Positions 17,377 to 24,896 are shown, counted from the first letter of the stretch. The stretch is 52,294 nucleotides of DNA from Chthoniobacterales bacterium (GCA_049585495.1 JBAUZZ010000553.1:1-52294); one strand, 5' to 3'. Notes: a model not told the origin generated them from the letters alone. Numbers and translations: made by a program.

Positions 17377-18260
17377 GCTGCCAGTCTCCGTTTCCGTAGA
17401 ACCCGCAAGATCAAATCTTCGAACGGATCGTTGGTTGTCGCTTGTAAAAATCCGGTCCGACTCTCTAGACAGTAGCGTTCCAAACCCTTGAGAAACTTTG
17501 TGACTTCGGCCGTGAACGCTGCACGCGCTGACTGGTTGGAGGTGACATCGAGGGCTTGGCCGGTTTCGCAATCCAGCAATTGGAAGTCTCCGGATAGATC
17601 CGGCGCCAACTCTGCCGGATCGACGAGCTGGATCACCTGAAGTTCGAACCGCTGGAACCGGAGGAGATTCAACGCCATCTGATATCCTTCCGGATCGAAG
17701 AAATCGCTGATCAAGATCACGAGTCCCCGGCGTCTTACCCGCTGGACAAAACGTTGAATCGCCTTCCTTAGCGAGGTTGTGCGCTCCGAACACTCAAGAG
17801 CGCCCAGAAAGCTCAGAATCTGGTGAAATTGACTTTTACCGCGGGACAGCCCGCAGTCCACGCCGAGGGTGTCGTCAAACGCATGAACATTGACTCGATC
17901 CAGATTTGCCAAGGAAATGTATGCCAGCGCCGCCGCGATTCTACGGGCCTGATCAAACTTACTTATCCCCCCTGCCTGCCAAGCCATCGATGCACTCGAG
18001 TCGACAAGCAGGTAGACGTGCAAATCTTCTTCCTCTTCGAACAGTTTCACAAACAACCGGTCCAGGCGGCCATAGACATTCCAATCGATCGTTCGTGGAT
18101 CATCTCCAGCCACGTAATTCCGGTAGTCCGCGAATTCCAGACTCGATCCGATGTGGCGCGATTTCCGTTCGGCGCGAGCGGCTCCGCGAAAGATCCTCTG
18201 AGAAAGGAGATAGAGATGCTCAAGCTTGGCGAGAAACTCCGTGTCGAACAACACCGCCAT
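17373..18260 (-). CDS. DUF58 domain protein (Bat/MoxR-associated)
   Basis: GSSLEFADYRNYVAGDDPRTIDWNVYGRLDRLFVKLFEEE is the DUF58 signature. ATG at 18260 preferred; the ORF-track start at 18281 is TTG. Confidence 0.85.
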   Translation of the reverse strand: MAVLFDTEFLAKLEHLYLLSQRIFRGAARAERKSRHIGSSLEFADYRNYVAGDDPRTIDWNVYGRLDRLFVKLFEEEEDLHVYLLVDSSASMAWQAGGISKFDQARRIAAALAYISLANLDRVNVHAFDDTLGVDCGLSRGKSQFHQILSFLGALECSERTTSLRKAIQRFVQRVRRRGLVILISDFFDPEGYQMALNLLRFQRFELQVIQLVDPAELAPDLSGDFQLLDCETGQALDVTSNQSARAAFTAEVTKFLKGLERYCLESRTGFLQATTNDPFEDLILRVLRKRRLAA

Positions 18261-18308
18261 CGGCCGAAACGGTCGCCACAATAGGACTTTGGAGCAAGCG
18301 AATTTCGC

Positions 18309-18423
18309 TGTAGGGCGGCTGGCTCAGCCGCCGGGCGATCTTCACCGCCATTTCCCGGCACCTGGGCCAGGCGCCCTACAATTCCGAAAGATCGCTCTCC
18401 GCCTTGGGCGGATCGTCCTACCG
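18309..18423. repeat. REP doublet plus a TCCGCC-NN-GGCGGA-type hairpin
   Basis: tgtagggcggctggctcagccgcc (18309-18332), cctgggccaggcgccctaca (18361-18380), then gatcgctctccgccttgggcggatcgtcctaccg (18390-18423). Divergent gap between DUF58 and miaB. Confidence 0.85.
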
Positions 18424-18489
18424 ACCGCGCCCCGCAACTCCTTGCTCCCCCTGCTTTTTCCGTCTACTGTACGCGCTCGACCGAAGGAG

Positions 18490-19851
18490 ATGGCCAAGGT
18501 TTACATAAAAACATACGGCTGCCAGATGAACGAGCGTGACTCTGAGCAAGTAGCGCGGATGCTCGTCGAGCGCGGCCACTTGATCACTCACCATGAAAAC
18601 GAGGCCGAGGTCGTTCTGCTGAACACCTGCAGCGTGCGCGATCTCGCGGAACAAAAAGCCCTCGGGAAAATGGGCATGCTAGGTGCCCTGTCACGCCACC
18701 GACGAGTGGTTTACGGATTTCTCGGTTGCATGGCGCAGAGCCGGGGTGAGTCCCTTTTGAAGGAAATCCCTCATCTCGACCTCGTCCTGGGCACGCAGAA
18801 GTTTCATCGGGTCGCCGATTATGTCGAGGGTGCGCTCAAACAAAAGACGGAGAGGATGGACGATGTGCGCTTGTCAATCGTTGACGTAGACGAGGAATCC
18901 GACTCGCAAGGCACAATCCGCGATCACCTGCTTTCAGATCGTCAGGTGACGGCTTTCGTCTCGATCATGCAAGGCTGCAATATGCACTGCACCTTCTGCA
19001 TCGTCCCGTTCACGCGCGGTCACGAACGCAGCCGTCCGATCCATCAGATCGTCGAGGAGGTCAAGAAGTTGGTGGACCGAGGTATTCGGGAGGTAACCCT
19101 ACTGGGGCAGATCGTCAATCTTTATGGCCGGCATGAGTTTCCGAAAATCGATGGCCGAAGTCCATTTGTTCAATTGCTGGAAGCGGTGCACGCCGTCGAA
19201 GGGTTGGATCGGATCCGTTTCACGTCACCGCATCCGATTGGTTTTCGTAGGGATCTGGTCGAAGCTTTCCGGTCGCTGCCCAAACTAGTCGAACATGTGC
19301 ATCTCCCGCTCCAGTCCGGCTCAGATCGGATCTTAAAGGCGATGCATCGTACTTACACGGCAGAAAAGTTCCTCACCCTTGTTGACCAGATTCGCGAAGT
19401 CACCCCAGAAATGGCAATGACGAGCGATATCATTGTTGGCTTTCCCGGAGAAAGCGACGAGGACTTCCAAAAGACGAAAGCGCTGGTTGATCGCGTCGGG
19501 TTCGATAACGCTTTCGTATTTAAATACTCTAAGCGTAAGGACACACCGGCAGCAGAAATGCCCGATCAAGTACCAGACCCGATTAAGGAGGGCCGAAACC
19601 AGGAACTGCTCGATTTAGTGAACCATTGGGCGCGCCGGCGGAACGCCGGGTTTGTTGGCCGGGAGGTCGAGATTCTTTGCGAAGGCCCGAGCAAAACCAA
19701 TCCGAGCCGGCTCATGGGCCGAACCCGTGGCAATAAGATTGTGGTGTTTGAAGGAGCACCGCGTCACATCGGGCAGTTGATGAACGTTCGAATCACCCGG
19801 GCATCAGGGTACACTTTGTACGGCGATCCCGCGATCGTTGGAGGCTGCTGA
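18490..19851 (+). CDS. miaB: tRNA-2-methylthio-N6-dimethylallyladenosine synthase
   Basis: MAKVYIKTYGCQMNERDSE, radical-SAM CNMHCTFC, and a C-terminal TRAM domain. ATG at 18490 is preceded by AAGGAG (18484-18489). The ORF-track extension covers REP DNA. Confidence 0.93.
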   Translation: MAKVYIKTYGCQMNERDSEQVARMLVERGHLITHHENEAEVVLLNTCSVRDLAEQKALGKMGMLGALSRHRRVVYGFLGCMAQSRGESLLKEIPHLDLVLGTQKFHRVADYVEGALKQKTERMDDVRLSIVDVDEESDSQGTIRDHLLSDRQVTAFVSIMQGCNMHCTFCIVPFTRGHERSRPIHQIVEEVKKLVDRGIREVTLLGQIVNLYGRHEFPKIDGRSPFVQLLEAVHAVEGLDRIRFTSPHPIGFRRDLVEAFRSLPKLVEHVHLPLQSGSDRILKAMHRTYTAEKFLTLVDQIREVTPEMAMTSDIIVGFPGESDEDFQKTKALVDRVGFDNAFVFKYSKRKDTPAAEMPDQVPDPIKEGRNQELLDLVNHWARRRNAGFVGREVEILCEGPSKTNPSRLMGRTRGNKIVVFEGAPRHIGQLMNVRITRASGYTLYGDPAIVGGC

Positions 19852-19911
19852 ACTATTTGAAATGATTCGCCTCGCCTCTGCCAGCAGCCTTCAAACGCAG
19901 CAATCCGGCCT

Positions 19912-20024
19912 TGTTGGGCGCCTGGCCCAGGCGCCGCGACCGCCTCTGCGTCGAGGCGGGTCGCCGCACCAAGTTTTTGCCCTACCGAAGAATCGGCTCT
20001 CCGCCTAGGCGGATCGCCCTACCG
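19912..20024. repeat. cluster of REP-like hairpins
   Basis: ttgttgggcgcctggcccaggcgcc (degenerate head), gcgaccgcctc/gaggcgggtcgc hairpin, then ccctaccg...aatcggctctccgcctaggcggatcgccctaccg. Confidence 0.75.
19936..19978 (+). terminator. possible miaB terminator (11-12-bp GC stem with a distal T-run)
   Basis: gcgaccgcctc-tgcgtc-gaggcgggtcgc followed 9 nt later by TTTTT. The T-run is not adjacent to the stem, so this is weak. Confidence 0.3.
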
Positions 20025-20075
20025 CCCTCTCACCTTCAGCCTTTGCAGATTACTGATTACTGACTACTGATTACC
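20025..20075 (+). repeat. solo low-complexity arm (CTCTCACC + ATTACTGA words)
   Basis: ccctctcacc...attactgattactgactactgattacc immediately upstream of ORF 20085. Confidence 0.7.
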
Positions 20076-20084
20076 GTTTTTTGC

Positions 20085-20654
20085 ATGGACTACTATCCTC
20101 CGCGTATATACGAGCTGAGTTTGCACACGGTTGGCCTGATCGTCGGCCTTTTCCTCCTTGCCATCCACCTCTTTGCCTTGCTTCGGCCCAAGGAGACTCA
20201 GGCTTGGCTGGCGAAGCTGCCGCGCTCAAAGAGTTTCGGTATCTTTGTACTCGCACTCGATGCGGTCTGGTGCTTTTGGCTGGCCACAAATATGGACCTG
20301 GGCGAATTCTCGGGATTTCGCCGCCTGCTCCAGATCTGCATCCCAGTGCTGGCCATTCTGACCGTACTATTTGTTGACGAGTTTCTTTCGGCGCGAGCCC
20401 TTGGGATTCTCGCCTTGCTCGTGGCCGAGCCAATTTTATCCGCCGCCTTTCTCCGCCCGGAGATTGCGCGCCTGCTCCTTGTCACCCTCGCCTACGTCTG
20501 GCTCACCGTGGGCATGTTCTGGATTGGAAAACCGTACCTGCTGCGCGATCAGATCAGCTGGTTGACCCGTTCTGCGACTCGATGGCGCATCGCTGCTATC
20601 GCCGGCGTGGCCTACGGGGCAGTTGTCCTGTTTTGCACGCTGACGGTCTTCTGA
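20085..20654 (+). CDS. hypothetical integral membrane protein (about 5 TM)
   Basis: 189-aa ORF with regularly spaced hydrophobic helices. No recognisable family. Confidence 0.6.
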   Translation: MDYYPPRIYELSLHTVGLIVGLFLLAIHLFALLRPKETQAWLAKLPRSKSFGIFVLALDAVWCFWLATNMDLGEFSGFRRLLQICIPVLAILTVLFVDEFLSARALGILALLVAEPILSAAFLRPEIARLLLVTLAYVWLTVGMFWIGKPYLLRDQISWLTRSATRWRIAAIAGVAYGAVVLFCTLTVF

Positions 20655-20689
20655 AGAAGTGGCCGGGAGAGAGAAGTGGCCGGGAGAAA

Positions 20690-20719
20690 GAAGTGTCAGT
20701 GTCAGTTGGGGAGTGTCAG
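20690..20719 (+). repeat. left arm of a perfect 30-bp inverted repeat around the four-helix-bundle gene
   Basis: gaagtgtcagtgtcagttggggagtgtcag. The exact reverse complement is at 21167-21196. Embedded in a longer arm (20655-20722) that includes agaagtggccgggaga x2. Confidence 0.92.
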
Positions 20720-21054
20720 TCAGCTCGCTGAAGTGCTCGAATTAGGCCGTTGATTAGACGGCCGACTTCCCCCGACAAAGAGATGAACTCCTGACTCTCG
20801 ATCAGGTAACGGCGGCGCCGGGCGATGATCACTTGCGTTTTAACCTCGTGAAGGGATCCCCTCGCATATCCAACGGACTGCACGAATTCACCGGTCGTTA
20901 TCCGTCCGGCTCCCTCGGCTATATTGCTGGGTACGGATACGGCTGCCCGCCGCAGCTGACTGGTTAAGCCGTAGAGCTCGCAACTTGGGAAATCCATCGT
21001 CATTTCATATACCAGATCACACAGATCGATCGCTTTGCCAGGCCACCAGATCAC
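20716..21054 (-). CDS. four-helix-bundle protein (23S rRNA intervening-sequence protein family, Avd-like)
   Basis: 112 aa, GTG start. ...CELYGLTSQLRRAAVSVPSNIAEGAGR...ARGSLHEVKTQVIIA... matches the conserved core of this family. Confidence 0.85.
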   Translation of the reverse strand: MIWWPGKAIDLCDLVYEMTMDFPSCELYGLTSQLRRAAVSVPSNIAEGAGRITTGEFVQSVGYARGSLHEVKTQVIIARRRRYLIESQEFISLSGEVGRLINGLIRALQRAD

Positions 21055-21083
21055 GATAACTTTGCAAATTCATATACAGAAAA

Positions 21084-21112
21084 GTCTTATGTTATTATAT
21101 TAAGCCTGTCAA
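21084..21112 (-). promoter_or_regulatory. AT-rich promoter-like patch upstream of the four-helix-bundle gene
   Basis: Minus strand reads TTGACA (21112-21107), then TATAAT only 7 nt later (21099-21094), or TAAGAC at 17-nt spacing. No clean sigma-70 geometry. Confidence 0.2.
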
Positions 21113-21166
21113 GCGCTCTAGTCTCTCTCCCTGACACTTTCTCTCTCCCAACTGACACTCCCCCAC

Positions 21167-21196
21167 CTGACACTCCCCAACTGACACTGACACTTC
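21167..21196 (-). repeat. right arm of the perfect 30-bp inverted repeat
   Basis: ctgacactccccaactgacactgacacttc, the reverse complement of 20690-20719, within the longer CTGACAC/CTCTCC arm 21121-21221 that ends at the neighbour's stop codon. Confidence 0.92.
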
Positions 21197-21221
21197 CTCC
21201 CCAACCGACCTTCTTTCCCAC

Positions 21222-22349
21222 TCACACCTCCAGCACCTTCGGAAACCGCGACAACACTTTAAATCCTGTCTCCGCCACGACTCCATTATCCTCATGTCGA
21301 ACGCCGCCCAGCCCTGGAAAATACAGGCCTGGCTCGACCGTGAGCACCTGGCCGCGCTTGAAATCGGTGCGGGCGATTCTAGGCGACTCGTGAATTTCCA
21401 AGCCGAGCCCGTGGCCAAGGCCGTGAAAGAAACCAACCCAGCGCCCGTTCCGAATTTCCGTCGGATAACCGTTTGCCGTGAACATTTGGGTAACTTTCTC
21501 CTGCAGCGCATTCCCCGACTCGCCAACTCGGATATTTTCCAGTGCGTAGCTTTGACCATCCAGCACGGTGTGCCAGAGCTTCCGCTGGTTTTCATTCGCC
21601 AGGCCCCGAACGACGGTGCGCGTCAGGTCCCCGTGATAGCCCGTCTTAGCATCCCGCGGAAAGACATCCAAGATGATCAGGGAATTCGCCAACAGAGGCC
21701 CGCTTCCACGCTCGTGAGGATCACAAGCCTGCTCGCCCCCGGTCACGATGGTGTTGATCGGCAGACCGCCCGCGCGAACGATCGCACTGTCGATCTCGCC
21801 CCGCAGAATTTCAGAGGTTAGCCACAAACCGGCCCAGCGCAGCCGGCGTTTAGCGCGGATCTCCGCGGCTTTCAGTACTTCAATTCCGCGAGCGAGGCCA
21901 ATTTCCGTTATTCTGATGGCCTTCTCGATTTTTTTTATCTCTTCAGCGGTCTTAAACTCCCGATCACCCCAAAACGGACCCTGCACCGGGCTCAACGTGA
22001 TTTTGCGTTTCGCCAACTGCTGTGCCAACCCGAAGGGAAAGTCCGCAGGGACCTGGGCGCGTCTGACCCGGCGCTGGCGAAGGAAATGAGCAATCGTTTC
22101 CTCAACTGGTGGTTTTGTCTTCAGCCGCTTTTCTAAAGAACCCTCGATTGTCGAAAGAGAGACCACCTCATCCACCATCGCCTGTTTCTTACCCCGATCG
22201 ATCTCCAGGTCACTCAATACGATCGATCGCTTTCCTCTGTGTTGCAGAAACAGGAACGCATCCGGGGCAGGGAACTTTGTTGCGTAAAGCATATCGGCAG
22301 ATCCTTCGCTGGATGCGTAGATCAACCGCGGCAGGTTATTTTTAGGCAT
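21222..22349 (-). CDS. M24 family Xaa-Pro aminopeptidase
   Basis: Creatinase/prolidase-like N-domain plus the M24 metal ligand pattern (DVFPRD..GYHGDLTRT, HGLGHGLGLEIHE, LTVEPGLY). ATG at 22349 preferred over the TTG at 22382. Confidence 0.9.
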   Translation of the reverse strand: MPKNNLPRLIYASSEGSADMLYATKFPAPDAFLFLQHRGKRSIVLSDLEIDRGKKQAMVDEVVSLSTIEGSLEKRLKTKPPVEETIAHFLRQRRVRRAQVPADFPFGLAQQLAKRKITLSPVQGPFWGDREFKTAEEIKKIEKAIRITEIGLARGIEVLKAAEIRAKRRLRWAGLWLTSEILRGEIDSAIVRAGGLPINTIVTGGEQACDPHERGSGPLLANSLIILDVFPRDAKTGYHGDLTRTVVRGLANENQRKLWHTVLDGQSYALENIRVGESGNALQEKVTQMFTANGYPTEIRNGRWVGFFHGLGHGLGLEIHESPRIARTDFKRGQVLTVEPGLYFPGLGGVRHEDNGVVAETGFKVLSRFPKVLEV

Positions 22350-22406
22350 AGGCAATGACTTAACTTCGAACCCCTTCTCCAACCCCGAGTCAACGGAAAA
22401 TATATT

Positions 22407-22599
22407 TGTAGGGCGCCTGGCTCAGGCGCCGGGACAACCCGGGCCACTCGCGGCGCGCGGGGTGTGGCTCGCCGGAAGGCTCGCCATACCGCAGCTGCAA
22501 CAGGCCCACATCGGTGGGCAGAACAGGCTCCCGCCGAGCCGCGCCTAACGGCGCCGGGACAACCCGGGCCACCGAGGCGCCTGAGCCAGGCGCCCTACA
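22407..22599. repeat. REP doublet (GGCGCCTG variant) with an internal 23-nt direct repeat
   Basis: tgtagggcgcctggctcaggcgcc (22407-22430) and ggcgcctgagccaggcgccctaca (22576-22599). ggcgccgggacaacccgggccac occurs at both ~22424 and ~22549. Confidence 0.88.
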
Positions 22600-22935
22600 A
22601 AGCTATTTCCATGTAGCAATCCTACACAGAAAGAGATACTTGATCCGGCCTCCAATCGGTCGTCTCCGTTTCTGCCATCTCCTTCAACTCTCTGTACCAC
22701 CTCAGAGAGGCCCTATTTAAGCAGACAAGGCAGCAATCGCCTGCGAAAAAAGGCCTTTGTTCACGGTGGGTGTCTTAAGACTCCATAGTTCAAAATATGT
22801 AGCAGAACTACCGAAACGAGGATTGATTTTTACCGATCCCTTTGTACGATGACTCGGATTTTTTTCCCAATCCCCTATCATCGCGAGGCAGGCATCGCCC
22901 CAGCAGTTGCGTAGTCTGCCTCTTACAAAGCAATC

Positions 22936-24033
22936 ATGAGCGCTACAAATAAAGATCCCATCGGCCTGCCGATTCCCCGCAGGACTTTTATTCGCCGTAC
23001 CGCGACGCTGGCTGGCGCGACTGCGGCCATGACCATCGCACCTCACCGTCTTTTCGCTGCCGGGGCGCCAACCGTGGTCAATTCAATCCGGTCACTATCG
23101 AACCCGTACCACGCGACCTGGAATCAAGGTGGTCAGGCTTTTGCCAAGGCAATCGGCGCCGAATATGTCACCCTGGTAACGGAGGGTGACAGCGAAAAGG
23201 GCATCGCCGACATTCGTGCAATTCTGGCGAAGACCGGCGGCAACATGTGCCTCAATGTTGACCCGAACGACAGCCCGGACGCACGCCCGATCGTTGAAGC
23301 TTGTGTCAAGGCCGGCGCCTACGTCGTAACGCAATGGAATAAACCAGCCGATCTGCATCCCTGGGATTTCAACCCCAATTATGTCGCGCACATCTCCTTC
23401 GATGGCGTCCGGTACGGACAAGAGACCGCCAAAGCTTTGGTCCAAGCCATGGGCGGCTCAGGTGGGATTGTGGCGCTCGGCGGCATCATCTCCAATACGC
23501 CGGCAATCGAACGGAAGGCCGGCATGGAACAGGTTTTGAAAGATAGCTCGAATGTGAAATTACTCGATTTCCAAGTCGCGAACTGGAAGCCCAACGAAGC
23601 GTTCACGATCGTCAGTGCCTGGCTGACTCGATTCGGTGACCAGATCAAGGGTATTTGGGCCGCCAATGACGACATGGGTACGGGCGCACTGGAGGCGCTG
23701 CGAGCGGAAAACCTGGCCGGCAAGGTACCAATTACCGGTATTGACGGGATTAAGGTTGCGGTCGATGCAGTCCGCGCCGGAGAGTTCGCTGCCACCGTTT
23801 CTTGGGATCCGTTCTGGCAAGGCAGCATGGGGCTGGCGATTGGCTATGCCGCCAAGAGTGGGAAATTCGATCCGGCCAAAGAACCAAAGGAACACCGTGA
23901 ATTCTACGGAACCGGGGTCCTGGTCACGAAAGAGAATGCGGATGAGTTTTACAAGAGCCACGTTGAATCGGAACCAAAAGTTGACTTCACGGATTTGTGG
24001 AGTCGCGTGACCGGCCAGATTCGCGCAAGTTAG
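22936..24033 (+). CDS. sugar ABC transporter periplasmic binding protein (ribose/YtfQ-like) with a Tat-type signal
   Basis: RRTFIRRTATLAGATAAMTIAP twin-arginine leader. Type I periplasmic-binding fold features (WAANDDMGTGALEAL). Confidence 0.9.
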   Translation: MSATNKDPIGLPIPRRTFIRRTATLAGATAAMTIAPHRLFAAGAPTVVNSIRSLSNPYHATWNQGGQAFAKAIGAEYVTLVTEGDSEKGIADIRAILAKTGGNMCLNVDPNDSPDARPIVEACVKAGAYVVTQWNKPADLHPWDFNPNYVAHISFDGVRYGQETAKALVQAMGGSGGIVALGGIISNTPAIERKAGMEQVLKDSSNVKLLDFQVANWKPNEAFTIVSAWLTRFGDQIKGIWAANDDMGTGALEALRAENLAGKVPITGIDGIKVAVDAVRAGEFAATVSWDPFWQGSMGLAIGYAAKSGKFDPAKEPKEHREFYGTGVLVTKENADEFYKSHVESEPKVDFTDLWSRVTGQIRAS

Positions 24034-24063
24034 GGCTGCGGGTTTTGGGTCGTTATTGCGAGC

Positions 24064-24263
24064 GGTGAGGAGTGAGGGGGAAAACGGTAATCGGTGATCA
24101 GTAGTCAGTGATCAGTAATCCGTACTCAGTTACGTAGTCTGAGCAGTCAAAGTCATGACTCAAAATCGCAATTTCAGTCAACCGCCACAAAGACTGATCA
24201 CAGACCGCTGATTACCGATTACCGACGACTGATAACTACTGATTACTGATCTCACCTCTCACC
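24064..24263. repeat. degenerate low-complexity inverted-arm element with a ~100-nt core
   Basis: Left arm ggtgaggagtgaggggg...cggtaatcggtgatcagtagtcagtgatcagtaatc. Right arm actgatcacagaccgctgattaccgattaccgacgactgataactactgattactgatctcacctctcacc. Ends 1 nt before the start codon at 24265. Confidence 0.8.
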
Positions 24264-24264
24264 G

Positions 24265-24675
24265 ATGCCGAACAACGATCTCTCTCAACAAATGCGCGAA
24301 AAGGTTGCCGTCGTAACCGGCAGTACGCAAGGTTTGGGCGAAGCAACGGCGCGGCTCTTTGCTGAGCGCGGGGCCAGCGGGATAGTGATCTGTGGCCGTA
24401 ACGTCGATAGAGGTCAAAAAATCGCGGCGGAGTTGACGGAGCGGGGTTGTCCGACCGGGTTTGTTCCGGCCGATCTCAGCAAGCTGGAAGATTGCTCTGA
24501 GGTTGTTGCAGCTGCTGACCGCAGATTCGGGCGGATCGACGTACTGGTGAACTCGGCCGGGATCACTGACCGCGGGACAATCCTCGATACATCTCCCGAG
24601 CTTTTTGACCAAATTTTTGATACCAATGTCCGAGCCCCGTTTTTCGGGGGGATGCGGTTAGTGGTGAAAGGGTGA
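24265..24675 (+). pseudogene. 5'-truncated remnant of an SDR oxidoreductase (first ~128 codons only)
   Basis: [25 protein letters not shown]...LVNSAGIT...NVRAPFF are normal SDR N-terminal motifs. The reading frame then runs into repeat DNA (GGMRLVVKG, stop). The catalytic S..YxxxK half is absent. Confidence 0.7.
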
Positions 24676-24885
24676 TCAGTAGTCAGTTGGCAGTTGGCAG
24701 TTGGCAGTTGGCAGTAGTCAGTAATCGGTAATCAGTAATCGGGGTTCAATGAACTTGTGACTTTGCGTGATGATTTTGCCACCGCTCCAAAGACTGAATA
24801 CTGGATACTGATTGATACTGATTACTGACTACTGACTACCCCTTCCACCTCTCACCCTCTCACCCTCTCACCTCTCACCCTCCTC
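24661..24885. repeat. low-complexity inverted-arm element with (CAGTTGG)x4 and (CTCTCACC)x4 microrepeats
   Basis: Left arm 24661-24740 includes (cagttgg)4 at 24684-24711. Right arm 24793-24885 is actgaatactggatactgattgatactgattactgactactgactacc followed by cacctctcaccctctcaccctctcacctctcaccctcc. Confidence 0.85.
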
Positions 24886-24896
24886 CCCCTCTCCCA

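Noticed and set aside
20655-21221. Diversity-generating retroelement, because the four-helix-bundle protein is Avd-like
   Set aside because: There is no reverse transcriptase gene and no template/variable repeat pair with adenine-specific mismatches anywhere in the window.
24684-24883. CRISPR-like regular short repeats ((CAGTTGG)x4, (CTCTCACC)x4, AGAAGTGGCCGGGAGA x2 at 20655-20690)
   Set aside because: Units are 7-16 nt, directly abutting with no unique spacers, and no cas genes are present. They are microsatellite-like parts of the inverted arms, not CRISPR arrays.
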